From assembly GCA_964016885.1 (NCBI GenBank), contig OZ024742.1, positions 310,062,001-310,126,000 on the forward strand: DNA of 64,000 nt, given 5' to 3'. Of this stretch, positions 14,391-30,659 are shown in pieces; the first letter of the stretch is position 1; each line of letters opens with the position of its first letter. Source of the DNA: Eledone cirrhosa (lineage: Eukaryota). Both the position numbers and the translations under genes were made by a program. The notes beneath the pieces were generated by a model. That model searched no databases. It was not told the origin of the DNA and saw only the letters and a program-made list of their open reading frames with translations.

Positions 14391-15098
14391 CGTAACATTT
14401 ACTACACATAATACCAATAATAAGAGTTCTGTAAATCCCATTCTCACTAAATTATATTCTACACAGATGAAACCTTGCACGGGTTTCACAGTGTAGATAT
14501 AGGCTATTTAAAGCTAATTGTAATTTCAAGCTGGTAATTCATTATTACTCCACTCGTCTCCAACTTTTAGCGTTTTAGTCAATGGAGAGTAGTTTCTATA
14601 AAGCAACATGGCTGTCCCCTTTTAGTCATCTGCTTGAATAATATAGAGTTTGTGCACTCCATCCTTATTATGCATGGATGGTCTCGTAACTCCTGATGGA
14701 ATATTAAGGGCGCCGTTGTGGCATAGGGAGTTTCTAGGGTATTTTAAGAATACGGCAGATACCTTCGCTGTTTGTTGTTTTGAATAAACAGCGAAGGACG
14801 CGTTCCGGACTTGTCCGACAGACAACCTTTTCCCCCACCCCGGAAAAAATCCCCAGTTGATGGATGTGGATCCGAAATATATAGGGACTATTAAATCTCT
14901 CCCAAGGTAACTCTCTCTTGTGTTGTTATTTTAATTTTATCCTTTATACTCTTCCCTTCATTCTACACATCTCACACATCTTATACACACCACGCATCTC
15001 AACGTACACCCACTTACATCTCTCTCCACCACCGGACCTTGTTACCCGGAGATTTACCCATTTGCATTGTCGAGGCTTTCAAACGACTTAAAGATATT

Positions 15099-15204
<106 letters not shown>

Positions 15205-15450
15205 TAAATATACACGGGTGTGTATGAGTGTGTATAGAAGATTATATTAATAAAAGGAATTCCAACTTTGTCTGATTTACTCGTTTTATTTACAATCCTT
15301 TAAAATTTATAATGGTATTAGAATGAAATAGTATGGTGGAATATTAAATGTTAAGTGTTAATTGAACAAGTACTTTCATGCTTTCGCAATCTTCAGGTTC
15401 ATAATGTGTAGTGACAGTCAAGTTTGCAATTTTCAACTGTATATATATAT

Positions 15451-15625
15451 GAAAAGAGTCATGACCCCGACGGCTGAGCTCCGGCTGTTTCGACAGGTAG
15501 ATCTGAACTGGTGATTCAGTTCGGATCTAGCTGTCGAAACGGCTGGAGGTCAGCCGTCGGGGTCCTGACTCTTTTCATATTACCCACTCTACTACCCCAA
15601 GTATTGAGTATTCTGGTGCGTTCAT
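15451..15625. mobile_element. Fold-back PLE remnant (family D)
   Basis: Palindromic arms; GAAA-CGGCTG..CAGCCG-TC hammerhead 3' half; tail hairpin at 15586-15609. Confidence 0.7.
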
Positions 15626-16028
15626 CATTATTATAGAACACTGTAAAACATTAGGAGGAACAACTAATTCCTTTATATGTGAAGACCCGTTAGGGCATAC
15701 GAACACGAACAGAAAGTAGTTAAGACAAAGTGTAGCGTAATATAATATCTAATTGATGCTGGAACTGTACTATTACGAGTCTAAGTATCAACTTTTGCTT
15801 CATCGGTTAGTAAAGAGTTAACGATGAACATACACACGATGTAAAGTACCCTTGACATGCCGCAAAGAATTGAAAAAATCTACTCGTAATTTGATTGGTT
15901 GTTGAGATCCGATAATATAAAATGAGGTTACGTATCAAGAAGAAAAAACAAACAAAAGACACAGATTGACATAAAAAAGAATAGAAAAATTGGTGAAAAG
16001 AAAGCGTAAAGCCAAAAAACAAATAAAT

Positions 16029-16101
<73 letters not shown>

Positions 16102-16419
16102 GATTAAAAAACTTAATGATATATATATGATTGAAAGATGATGAAAAATGGAGATGGCTTATAGGGAAAAAAAACAAAATAAATTGAAAAGTAGATGTTA
16201 TATAATATTTTATTAAAGAAAATATATAATAAGGTGCATTTGAACGTTAGCTAAGAATGGAGAAATAGTGATAGAAGAGAAAATACAGTAAAAATTAATA
16301 CGTTTCTGAATATTTTAGAACGATCGTATAATATCTTGATGCGTAAAAGCAATGTAACTGATGTTGGAAAATGCTAAATATACCCATATAAATACATTAA
16401 CAGGATTGTAACATTAACA

Positions 16420-16605
16420 CCCTTCGGTGACGAATGACCATGAGATATGCACCTAGAAGTTTCCTTTCTGAAGCACAGTCTCCACTCTCCACGCCACCGA
16501 TGTTGTCCAAGAGAAAGGCAAAGGCCAATACAGCTTGGCACCAGTGACGTCGCAATTCATTTCTACGGCTGAGTGAACTGGAGCAACATGAAATAAAGTG
16601 CCAAT
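16420..16605 (-). mobile_element. SINE fragment
   Basis: Minus strand GCACTTTATTTCATGTTGCTCCAGTTCACTCAGC..., a box shared with 1088 and 61185. Confidence 0.6.
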
Positions 16606-16899
16606 GAGACCATAGTCATTTTGAACATCTGAAAATCCAAGTAAAGTAATATCATTAGGCAGACATCTCTCTAATTTCATACTCCACACGCGATTTTTCA
16701 AATTCTTGGTTACCATTAAAAACTGTTTTTCTGCAGTCTTCCAACTTATCTTCTCTGACTTTTGACTTTATCAAAGATCTTTTGTTGCAGCCTTTATACC
16801 TGTGTTTTGGTTTATGCCTTGGCCATTTGCCTTTGACTAACTTTCCTTAATAAAAACTGCTTTGGAATACGATGATATGTCATTCTTACAACATGGGGA

Positions 16900-17695
16900 C
16901 TCCAGTACAATCTATATTGAATTATAGCAGATTCAGTACTTACAAAATGACTTCGTTCCAGCATTTCAACATCATTCATATATGATTGCCAATGTATACC
17001 AAGTATTCGGCGAAGACACTGTTGATGAAGTTGTTCAAGCCTTTTTATATTTCACGGGTATGTGACACAAGTTTCACATGTATACAACAATGGAATCAAA
17101 TCACATGTTCTGTACACCTTTAGCTTTCTATTAATGAAAATCCTACGTCGACAAAAGAGGCGCCCATCAAATTTACCAAAAGAATCATTTGCCTTAATAG
17201 TCGTAAAGAGATTTCATCATCAAGGTTGTTTGTCATATTAACTGTACTGCCTAAATACACAAATTTATCAACAACATTTAATGTTTTGTCATACACATAA
17301 ATGCTAGGCTCAGTGAAATCCTTGACCGGAGTAGGTTGACACATGACAACTGCCTTGGCCAGACAGATTGTCAGACTCAATGCACTTTATGCCTCCGAAA
17401 AAGAACCCATCAGATGCTGCATGTCACTCTCAGAGTGAACAAGATCACAATCATCTGCATACAAAATGTTACAAAATATTTGTTTCAGCAGCAAACCGTC
17501 TGATGTTAAACAACTTAACTGTCGAACGGTACTTGATATAAATTTCATGTGTGCAGTCCTCAAATAGGACTGCCATAAGGAAAACCATAAAGAAATAAAA
17601 TGAAAACAGTGTAGATGGTGATATATCCCTTGGTTTTCAACAAAAAATGGGATCTGGCAGCTGTCCACCTATACTGACAAAAGCTTGCATGCCAT
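16900..17695 (-). pseudogene. RTE-clade LINE RT relic
   Basis: ILYADDCDLVHSESDMQHLM (17387-17668) and LNVVDKFVYLGST..LDDEISLR (17120-17380), frameshifted. Confidence 0.85.
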
Positions 17696-17714
17696 CATAT
17701 ATGTATATAGATGG

Positions 17715-17930
17715 TTAGGAAAGATACCAGGTGGACCATAACGCACCAGAATAATCAATACTTGGGGTTTTAGAGTGTGTAATATGAAATGATTCAGGAC
17801 CCCAACGGCTGAGCTCCGGCCGTTTCGACAGCAAGATCCGAGCTGGTGGCCTAGTTCGGATCTTGCTGTGCCACCAGTTCGGATCTAGCTGTCGAAACGG
17901 CCAGAGCTCAGCCGTCGGGGTCCTGACTCT

Positions 17931-17936
<6 letters not shown>
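17715..17936. mobile_element. Fold-back PLE remnant (family D)
   Basis: Long-tail arm left, short arm ending CTCTTTTCAT|(TA)n right; complex junction at 17845-17880. Confidence 0.7.
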
Positions 17937-17971
<35 letters not shown>

Positions 17972-18466
17972 GCTAATTTCAGAAAGAGTGGGTAAACGTG
18001 ATGATTTATAAAAAAATATATATATACTGAAATCCTCGCGTCTGGTGTTCCCACACGGCAACTGAAATAGCTGTAGTGTGATCACAGCTTAAAACAGCCA
18101 TACCAAGACTTATATAAGTATATTATGCGTTATGGTGAAAGCAAATACATATACATTGATACATTAATATAATTCTGATATGATTTCTAACACGATAAGT
18201 AAGCTTCGCTTCTATTTCCCGAACTGAATCACCCAAACAAAAACAGAATATGTAGAATCTAGAAATATAATAACCTAGAAGAATATTATCTGTGATCGAA
18301 CATATAGAATGAATAGAATGTACATACATACATACACACATACACATACACACACACATGCTCACATATACACACACATGCTCACATATACACACACATG
18401 CTCACACACATGCTCACACACACATACAAACGCACACACACACATATATTTATATATATATATATA

Positions 18467-18563
18467 CAGGGTGTTCCAAAAAGATGTATGCACACTTCTA
18501 TAGCATTCTAATAAAATATTGCCTGTACAGGTAATCAAAGTATGTACACATTTTTGAGACACC

Positions 18564-18566
<3 letters not shown>
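18467..18566. mobile_element. Tc1/mariner-type MITE (~100 bp)
   Basis: TIRs CAGGGTGTTCCAAAAAGATGTAT / TACACATTTTTGAGACACCCT with TA flanks; relatives at 35688-35763 and 44131-44213. Confidence 0.75.
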
Positions 18567-18662
<96 letters not shown>

Positions 18663-18677
18663 CATGATATATAGATA

Positions 18678-18724
<47 letters not shown>

Positions 18725-18758
18725 TGTATATATACATGATATATAAATATACTTACAT

Positions 18759-18865
<107 letters not shown>

Positions 18866-19237
18866 CATATATGGAAGAGAGAATACAACGTAAAAAAGAA
18901 CTAAATAGACATGATGAGGTTTGAGGTGAGGGGCTGATATTTGGAAATAAGTATAATCTTTGGACGATTTCTGAATTCTGAGCAGAGAGGAAATCATTTA
19001 TACTTCGTCTCTGATTGCCTAAAGGTTTTTCCTATTGAGAGACATATTTGTTATTTTATTATTGTTGCTATCGTTGCTGTTGTTGCTGTTGTTGTTCTTT
19101 GTGGTACTCGTTGTTGATGTTGTTCGTGTTATTGCTGCAATGTTTTTCCTTTGCTGCACATTGGCTTAGTATCCGTAGATATGTGATCCAATGAGAGTTG
19201 AATTATCTCTCACTCTGTCTGCCTGCTTGCCTGTCTG

Positions 19238-19299
<62 letters not shown>

Positions 19300-19428
19300 G
19301 TAATCATATTCCCCTACTCAGTCATGCTGTTAGTCATTCTTTTCAACTATGAATAAATATGCTTATTCGTATATATACATACACTCATACACACACACTC
19401 GCATGCATATATTTACACACACACACAC

Positions 19429-19461
<33 letters not shown>

Positions 19462-19618
19462 CATACATACATGCATGCATACATACATGCATATATATAT
19501 ATATATTCACACATATATACATAAACATATGCATACACATACACACACACCCACACACACATATATATATATATATATGTATAATATTTATATATACATA
19601 TATAATTATATTTATAAT

Positions 19619-19706
<88 letters not shown>

Positions 19707-19797
19707 TATATATGTATATATATGTATATATATATATATACATCTATCTATATATATATGTATATACATACATATATATATATATATATATGTGTAT

Positions 19798-19871
<74 letters not shown>

Positions 19872-19893
19872 GTGAATATATATATATATATAA

Positions 19894-19938
<45 letters not shown>

Positions 19939-20006
19939 CATATACATTACATATACATATAGATAGATGTATATATATATATATAGATATATATGCATAT
20001 ATATGT

Positions 20007-20105
<99 letters not shown>

Positions 20106-20214
20106 TATATATATATATATATATATATATTTTATATATATAATTATAAATATAATCAAATATGTATATATAAATAATATACACATATATATATATATAG
20201 ATATGTGTGTGTGG

Positions 20215-20255
<41 letters not shown>

Positions 20256-20387
20256 TTTATGAATCCACAAATGTATGTGTAAATGTAATATATGAATCCC
20301 TCTAGTATCCGTCATATCTAAATTAATCCCACATTTATGCATAAATACGTACACACTTAATAGATACATCCACCTATGCACATATGC

Positions 20388-21443
20388 ACACATACACATT
20401 CATACATATATAAGCACACATACACACTCATACATATATAATCACACATACACATTCATACATATATAAGCACACATACACATTCATACATATATAAGCA
20501 CACATACACATTCATACATATATAAGCACACATACACATTCATACATATATAAGCACACATACACATTCATATATATATAATCACACATACACATTCATA
20601 CATATATAATCACACATACACATTCATACATATATAAGCCCACATACACATTCATACATATATAATCACACATACACATTCATGTATATATAATCACACA
20701 TACACATTCATATATATATAATCACACATACACATTCATATATATATAATCACACATACACATTCATACATATATACGCACACATACACATTCATACATA
20801 TATAAGCACACATACACATTCATATATATATAATCACACATACACATTCATACATATATAATCACACATACACATTCATACATATATAAGCACACATACA
20901 CATTCATACATATATAATCACACATACACATTCATATATATATAATCACACATACACATTCATATATATATAATCACACATACACATTCATATATATATA
21001 ATCACACATACACATTCATACATATATATATACATATATATAAGCACACATACACATTCATACATATATAAGCACACATACACATTCATACATATATAAG
21101 CACACACACACATTCATATATATATAATCACACATACACATTCATACATATATAAGCACACATACACATTCATATATATATAAACACACATACACATTCA
21201 TATATATATAAACACACATACACATTCATACATATATAAGCACACATACACATTCATACATATATAATCACACATACACATTCATACATATATAAGCACA
21301 CATACACATTCATACATACATAAGCACACATACACATTCATATATATATAAACACACATACACATTCATATATATATAAACACACATACACATTCATATA
21401 TATATAAACACACATACACATTCATACATACATAAGCACACAT
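20388..21443. repeat. 28-bp minisatellite, ~37 copies
   Basis: Unit CACATACACATTCATA(C/T)ATATATAA(G/T/A)CA. Confidence 0.95.
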
Positions 21444-21599
21444 AAAAATGTGTGCATACCTACATAGAAAAACAGAGTTACACACACAGAAATTCAGGCA
21501 GGTTCACACACATAAACACACATAAACACATGAATATTCCATTCCAATAGAAATAGATGTATATAGATATATTACATATATATGCGTACGTTACGTTGG

Positions 21600-21665
<66 letters not shown>

Positions 21666-21725
21666 CATCCCTTTACGTCCGTATTTCCATAGTTGTGTGG
21701 ATGCATGGGTTTGAAAAAGAATCAT

Positions 21726-21803
<78 letters not shown>

Positions 21804-21848
21804 CATATATATTATATACATAAACATTATATATGTGTGTGTGTGCAT

Positions 21849-21913
<65 letters not shown>

Positions 21914-21984
21914 TATTTTATATACATTTTACCTACTACACACACAGACACGGGTACAGCTACATATATATGTATACTTATTCA

Positions 21985-22016
<32 letters not shown>

Positions 22017-22134
22017 CACGTCTTCATATACACATATGTACTTCTATTATATATACACATACACATACGTGGCACACACACACACACATATATATACTTA
22101 CATACATATATATATATGTATATATACATATATT

Positions 22135-22177
<43 letters not shown>

Positions 22178-22299
22178 TCATATATATTATATATATATAT
22201 ACATATATATACATATATATATATATGTAAATATATTTATATATATATTTATATATATATATACATATATGTATATATATATATATATGTATATATGTA

Positions 22300-22343
<44 letters not shown>

Positions 22344-22356
22344 GGTGTGTATATAT

Positions 22357-22435
<79 letters not shown>

Positions 22436-22877
22436 CACATATACATATATATATGTGTCACTTTGCAACAATGTCACTGAGTTATCTGTAAGTAAGAGCG
22501 TATTTAGACAATGGAAAATGTTTTTGGCCACTCACGGCAATACGTGACGTCAGATAATTTGACAGTCGCTTCAGATATTAATAAACCAACGATATTAGGA
22601 TTTTTACGATTATTTTTATTTTCAGACATATCTTTCTTTCTGTCTTGTTACTGATTTATTATTTTTTTTCCTGTCTTAGTTATCTTCTCCACGACCCCCA
22701 TGCCGTTCTACATTACACCAAACTACGCCACACCACAATGCTATACAGTACACTACTGCATACAACACATAAGCTATTACACATCATTTAACTTCAGATG
22801 GATACTAATTCTAGAATGGTTTTTATTGGGAATTTAAGATGCTACAAATACGCCCGTATTTTTTAGCACACACACGT

Positions 22878-23025
<148 letters not shown>

Positions 23026-23268
23026 ACACACACACACACTCATATATATATGAAAAATCAATGTCATCTCTGATCGAGACGAAGCGAGAGTTTATATAAA
23101 GATGTTACTTGTATGTGTCAACGTACTTCTTCTTTGACCCCCTGTCACCCTTTTGTGGATTGTCTCTCTGTTGACCACTGGCTGCTGGTCTCTGTACATT
23201 GACGCATGTTTGCCCATCGCTGTTTTAACGGCTATTCTAACGATGGGCTTTCTCAATCGTAAATGTAT

Positions 23269-23299
<31 letters not shown>

Positions 23300-23320
23300 G
23301 ATATATATATATATATAAAT

Positions 23321-23441
<121 letters not shown>

Positions 23442-23484
23442 ATCACATATATATATATATATATATATGTATATACATACATAT

Positions 23485-23548
<64 letters not shown>

Positions 23549-23549
23549 A

Positions 23550-23583
<34 letters not shown>

Positions 23584-23611
23584 GTATATACATACGTATG
23601 TATATATATAT

Positions 23612-23742
<131 letters not shown>

Positions 23743-23777
23743 TATATATATATATATTTTATATATATATATATAAA

Positions 23778-23833
<56 letters not shown>

Positions 23834-23947
23834 ACATATATATATATATATATGTATATACATACATATATATATATATAATATATATATATATATATAC
23901 ACACAAACACACACACACATATATATATATATATGTATATACATACG

Positions 23948-24024
<77 letters not shown>

Positions 24025-24175
24025 TACACACATACATATGTATATATATATGTAGGATGTGAGTTTTATTGTAGCACAATAAAGCAATGCAAATATCGGA
24101 TAAGTAGCACTCAACAGTTTATAGGACTGGAGTATAAATAATATAAAATCAAAAGATGGTTAAAAGAGTTCCTTG

Positions 24176-24246
24176 TATTATATTATGCACATTTCAAAAA
24201 CAAATATCATCATGGGATGATATTTGCGTTCTCATCAGATAAAATA
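24176..24246 (-). ncRNA. Hammerhead ribozyme in inverted pLTR
   Basis: Reverse copy of 28391-28461 (stem III TGTGCA). Confidence 0.8.
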
Positions 24247-24681
24247 GGGAGACATGATATGAAGCTTAAAAAACACTTGCGAGCAGTGAAGTGTTAAATC
24301 AACATATGAGAAATAAAATAAGATGGATATATGAGATTGGGAAAAAAAAGGAAGTGGGGAGGGAAGGTAAGGAAGAAGAAGAAAGAATATAATAATAAGA
24401 AAATATATAATAATAAGGAAAGGATGACGGAGGAGGAGTATAAGAAGGATGAGAGAGGAGGAGAAAATGAGTGAGTGGGTGAGAGAGATAACCTTTAATA
24501 CTGAGAAACACTGTCTCATATATTATTTATACTCCAGTCCTATAAACTGTTGAGTGCTACTTATCCGATATTTGCATTGCTTTATTGTGCTACAATAAAA
24601 CTCACCTCCTACATTAAGTTGCCCCTTGACTGTTTGAGCGCTAACTCTTATATCGGATACCTCTAATTTTTCTTTTATAAC

Positions 24682-27044
24682 ATGGATTATTACAACATCA
24701 CAACTTCACTTAAAGACATTCCTATACCTGGTAAATCTCAATTCACTAAACTTCTGATTGAAAAAACTGACTATTTTGTGAGAAGGCTTAGATGGATCGC
24801 TTTTTTCCACGACCTGCGCTTAAAAGGAAATTTTTTATACTAAGGAACGTAACAATATTGATGATTTATTTAACTCTAGAAGAAATCCTCCCTTCAATAA
24901 AAATCTAGCACAGTTTGAGGAAGAATTAACTAATATTATAAGAGGACTTAAATTCAAGAGAAACCCTTATAGAGGACAGGAGCACCTTATAAATCTCAGG
25001 AATACTATTTTAAACCTTAATTCCTCTAAAAAAGTCTTAGTCCATTCCGATAAAACTAATAATTTATATGGCGTATCTAAAGATAAGTATAATAACCTTA
25101 TCCTTAAGGAACTAAGGAAGAATTATCGTAAAACTAACCATGAGAATCTGGAATCTATAAACTTGGAAGCTTCTGAGATTACGTCTAAGCTTGGCAACGA
25201 GAAAAAGACCGAACCATTCTTCCCAAGAACTCCGAGGATAAATCTCAAGGATCACAAAAGTAACTTTCGAACGGAATTGCCTGTTAGACTAATTGCCCCC
25301 TCTAAATCAGATTTGGGGATTTTTAGTAAATCCATCTTGGATAGAATTATCCCACAGGTTCGTTCTAATTGCTCTATTTCTAACTTAAATTTATGGATTG
25401 GTACATCTGATGTAATTAACTGGTTCAATGACCTGAATAATAAAAACAAACAAAAATTTATTCAGTTTGACATTGCCAGTTACTATTCTTCTATTTCGCC
25501 TTTACTCCTCAACAACGCTCTATCTTTCGCATTTAAATATTCTGACATTACCACAGATGAACTTTACACCGTTCCCACCGCAAGCAAAACTATCTTGGAA
25601 TTCAACAATGAATATTGGACTAGAGCTGATACCTCCAACAATTTTGATATCACAATCGGTGCTTCCGATTCATCGCAATTGACTGATTTGATTGGTATCT
25701 TTATTTTGAATTCTTTAAATCGGAAAATTCCTCAACTTCGCGGTGGAATTTATCGTGACGATGCCCTTTTTACTGTCTTAAACTGTAACTTAGTTAACCT
25801 TAATATTATTAAGAATAATATACTTGATCTATTTAAGCACCATAACCTAAAAATTGAATTTGAAAACAACGTCAAACTAGCTAACTTCCTGGATATATCC
25901 CTTAATCTTGACACCAGCCTATATTACCCTTACCATAAAGACAATGCGAATCTAAATTATGTTAATTTTAAATCTAACCACCCTATTAACGTTAAAAATG
26001 CTATAGTCAGTAATGTTGAAAATCTCAATAATAAAGTTATCTTTGACGCTAAAGCCAATTATTACAATAATGCGCTTTCCAGTAAAGAAACCAATCATCG
26101 AGGGACTTATAGTAATATAGTTAGTTATAAGCATTCCAATAACATAAAGAAAAGACCTAGATATAAAAATATGATTTGGTACAACGCTCCTGTTTCTCTA
26201 TCTATTATTAGTAATATTCCTAAACTATTTTTAGGGCCTTAGATAAATGCTTCCCTCCCTCGCATATTTATAGTAAGATCTTTAACAAACATACAATTAA
26301 ATTCTCTTATTCCACCACTTCCAACATGTCTAACATTATCTCTAAACATAATAATAAAATATTAAGTAATAAATTATATCCATCCAACACTGAGCGTCAT
26401 AATAATAGCAATAGTAAACCCGACGTCAATGTTAACTCTAGGCTAGATTCCATAAATTTAAATACGACGTCAAACGTAACTTTGTCGAATGTTCATAACA
26501 CCAATCTAAATTAGGAAACTTTAGCACCTATCGTAAATAACTTCTCCAATCCAATTCCTTCTATAAATAATACTAGGTAACTTGGTAATAACTCTGGTAA
26601 TTTCTCTAATCGTAATTGCAATTGCCCTGTTAGAACTAAATGTCCTCTTAGTAACCAATGTCTTGATAAAAATTTAGTGTATGAATGTAAGGTTATAACT
26701 GGTACTAATTCTGTTACTTATTTTGGTTCCACTTCCACTTCCTTTAAAGCAAGATTTTATAATCACTATTCTTCTTTTAAATACCAACTTAAAAGAACTA
26801 ACACGGCACTCTCAGAACTCATATGGTTCTTAAAGGCCAAAAATATTATCTACAACATTTCTTGGAGGAAAGTTTGCAACGCCTCTCCTTACCTGAATTG
26901 TTCCCTATCCAGACATGTAATCTCTGCCTAGCAGAGAAATTTACCATTATCTCTAATTTTAATTCTATAATAAATAGACGTACGGATTTATTTTCGCTCT
27001 GCTTGCATAAATCCCATAGAACTTTCCATAAAGTATACAGCTAA
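24682..27044 (+). pseudogene. PLE reverse transcriptase + C-terminal GIY-YIG endonuclease (frameshifted)
   Basis: MDYYNITTSLKDIPIP..RRLRW; DKTNNLY; FIQFDIASYY; GGIYRDDAL; ANFLDISLNL; IWYNAP; CNC..CPL..CL..LVY..YFG..FKARFYNH..CNLCLAEK..CLH; frameshifts and stops. Confidence 0.92.
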
Positions 27045-27388
27045 TATCTTACTACCTAATTAGTTTAAAATCTTTTCTCAAACGCTTTTATATCTTTTAC
27101 AAATATACCCATCTTTTTACCTTATTTCAGTATATTATACAATTTACTCATACTATGTCGTTAGCGGTCCCCTTAATTTACCATTATCTCTAATTTTAAT
27201 TCTATAATAAATAGACGCACGGATTTATTTTTGCTTTGCTTGCATAAATCCCATGAACTTTCCATAAAGAATACAGCTAATATCTTACTACATAATTAGT
27301 TTAAAATCTTCTTTTCTCAAACGCTTTGATATCTTTTACAAATATACCCATCTTTCTACCTTATTTCAGTATATTATACAATTTACTC

Positions 27389-27520
27389 CTTTACGTCCCT
27401 TTACGATCTGAGTTCAAATCCCGCCGAGGTTAACTTTGCCTTTCATCCTTACGGGGTCGATAAAATAAAGTACCAGTAATACACTGGTTAATTGCTGGCC
27501 TTGTGCCAAAAGTAGAAACA
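27389..27520 (+). mobile_element. SINE (family B) inserted into PLE 3' UTR, 16-bp TSD
   Basis: ATTATACAATTTACTC at 27373-27388 and 27521-27536; B-box GAGTTCAAATCC; sits in the second copy of a ~235-bp tandem duplication. Confidence 0.9.
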
Positions 27521-28390
27521 ATTATACAATTTACTCATACTATGTCGTTAGCGGTCCCCTAATTTTCTTATTTTTTATCATTTTTTTCTTTTTTAATTTC
27601 TAATCTTTAATCTGCAATCTTTTACTTCTCACTTACTTCTTAATTCATATTATAACTCACTATAGCATTTTCCTTATATTCTCGGCCATACGAATTTTTA
27701 TTTTTAATATATACTAATATTACCATTAGTACATTTTGTAAACATATATTTTTTTTGACGTTATATATTTTTTCTTCCTTGAATTTCTTCTTTCTTCTCT
27801 CCTTCCATGCTCGTATTAAACCTATTATTTACTTTTTCCTATTACAATACATAGAAACAAACTTGGACCCTAACTAATTCCTCTAAGTTCATAATGCATT
27901 TAACCTTATCTTCATTCACCTTATCTCCTTAATATATTTTATTTTAATAATACATTTTAATAAATTCCTTTTCGCACATATTATTAAACCATTCAATATA
28001 TAAACCTTAAATAAATAGTATTCTTAATTGCTTTTTCTTTAATCATGAGCATCACCATTCATAAACCTCATTAACTTTTAATTTCTAAATTTTTTAAAAT
28101 TATGTATTATCTTACAACGGTTTTTTTAAATTTCTCTCTGTGAGACAGTGTTTCTCAGTATTAAAGGTTATCTCTCTCTCTCTCTCACTCATTTTCTCCT
28201 CCTCTCTCATCATTCCTTCTTATACTCCTCCTCTATTTTTTTTTTCTTATTATATTCTTTCTTCCTCTTCCTTACCTGCCCCCTTCCTTTTTTCCCCCAA
28301 TCTCATATATCCCTCTTATTTTATTTCTCATATGTTGATTTAACACTTCACTGCTCGCAAGTGTTTTTTAAGCTTCATATCATGTCTCCC

Positions 28391-28461
28391 TATTTTATCT
28401 GATGAGAACGCAAATATCATCCCATGATGATATTTGTTTTTGAAATGCGCATAATGAAATA
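28391..28461 (+). ncRNA. Type I hammerhead ribozyme of the PLE pLTR
   Basis: TATTTTAT-CTGATGA-gaacGCAAATATCATC..GATGATATTTGTtttt-GAAA-TGCGCA-TA-ATGAAATA; predicted cleavage after 28453. Confidence 0.9.
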
Positions 28462-28495
28462 CATGGAACTCTTTTAACCATCTTTTGATTTTATA

Positions 28496-28580
<85 letters not shown>

Positions 28581-29267
28581 AAAAAAGGAAAAGAATGCCT
28601 TCACTTGTAGTTCTAAACTATTTAATTTTATATTACAATTTTACAATTTTGTTTTGTAGATCTTGTAAGTTCTTTGTTAACTTCGGTGGGGAGATTTTAA
28701 AAAAGATTCCTGGTTAACTTTCCTGGATAACTTTCTCGCATTCGTGGGTGGCGATTGTTAAACTGATCTCAGGTTGTGTTGTGATGTGTAACTCTATATA
28801 AGACATTTGGGTTTGTTAATGAGTGTAAGAGTGAAGGAGTGTTGAAGATTTAAAGGAATTTAAGCATATACATACACACAAGAGCTGAAAGAAAATAGTG
28901 AATGGTAAAAGCAAGATAATTCATTGAGAGTGAAGTTGGGGAGTTGGGGGGTTTAAGGAGTGTTTTAGAAAGGGCTTGTGAAAGTGCTCTCCTGCTGGTT
29001 CCATTTCAACAGACGACATTTGGCGAATAAAATTTAATAGCCTAATGCTTTTCAAATTCTTTTCTCATAGCTGCATAAGGTAATGTTTAATTAAAAACAT
29101 TTTGAAGCACATTCGCTATGAGATTTAAAGTAGTGGCTATGACACTTACTCTCGGCAACAACAAAGGGGGAGTGACCGAAAGTCTGTTTCTTACTTTTTA
29201 GCCAATGGTCTTCTAAATGTTTTTTAATTAAACATACAATATATTGCCAAAATATACTCTACATACA

Positions 29268-29336
<69 letters not shown>

Positions 29337-29807
29337 TACATGCATATATACATACACACACATGAATACACATACCTGTACACCTACAGACATACATACA
29401 TACACATCTACACACACATATGAATACATATCTACTCAAGTATTTAAGTTCACATATACATTGACGGGTGGGGTTTAGTGAAATTGTAGTGTACCTCCGC
29501 GGGTTGTTCTTCCCTTCAACGATCGAATGTTTGAAAGTGTAGGTGTCATCCACTTCTATTTGGATATTTTTTCTCTTTTTTCAATAAGTATGTATTATTC
29601 AGGGACATGTGAACAAGTACTCAATACAGGAGTAGAGTTTAAATATTCATTTAATATGGCTAAGTATGGAGCCTTATTACTCTGGAGTTTACCTGCGTAC
29701 TTGCAGGATTATCAGATATTGGCTGACATTAGATGACAGTGTCTGCTGATCCTGCACGGTCCCGGAATGTAATGCCATTATCTTCTATTTTACTGACCCC
29801 CCCACCC

Positions 29808-29845
<38 letters not shown>

Positions 29846-30250
29846 TTTAGGTTTAGTTGTTTACCACTGGATAGAACTGGTAATTCTGTTTGGTTAATCA
29901 TAATATATTAATAGGAAAAGCACTCTACGTTACATAGTTCATCCAACGTTGATGACGAATCCTATGGATGGAGCAGGAACGGAGTTAAATATCAGTTTGA
30001 TTAAAATAAAATGAGGCCGGACTAGTGATGTTCCTTTAAAGTGTTATTGTTGTAAAAACACTATATTTATTTCAATGACCTGGTAACGTAAGATACTGGC
30101 GACATCATCAGTTGCGGATTGCATAATTAGTTAATAAATAAAGTAACTACGGCATACGCCAACAGAAATAGAACAACATATTTGATTCGGGGCGGCCTTC
30201 GTTCCTGGTGTCGTTGTCGCAGTCGAACACCAAATTCTAGCGATGAGTTT

Positions 30251-30361
<111 letters not shown>

Positions 30362-30434
30362 ATACATACATATATATATATATATCTCCATATATATATA
30401 TATATATAATACATACATATATATATATATATCT

Positions 30435-30659
<225 letters not shown>

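Larger units (their letters stand above)
24054..28500 (+). mobile_element. Penelope-like retroelement (Naiad-type), near full length, with 5' inverted pLTR
   Basis: Inverted pLTR 24054-24519 matches 28141-28500 plus tail; RT+GIY-YIG ORF; 3' hammerhead; both ends abut TA-rich microsatellite. Confidence 0.93.

Noticed and set aside
20388-21443. CRISPR-like array (also 51520-51825)
   Set aside because: Contiguous tandem units without unique spacers; eukaryotic context; no cas genes
26610-27044. Selenoprotein-type Naiad (UGA for Cys plus SECIS)
   Set aside because: The conserved Cys codons I checked are TGT/TGC; interruptions are frameshifts or TAA/TAG
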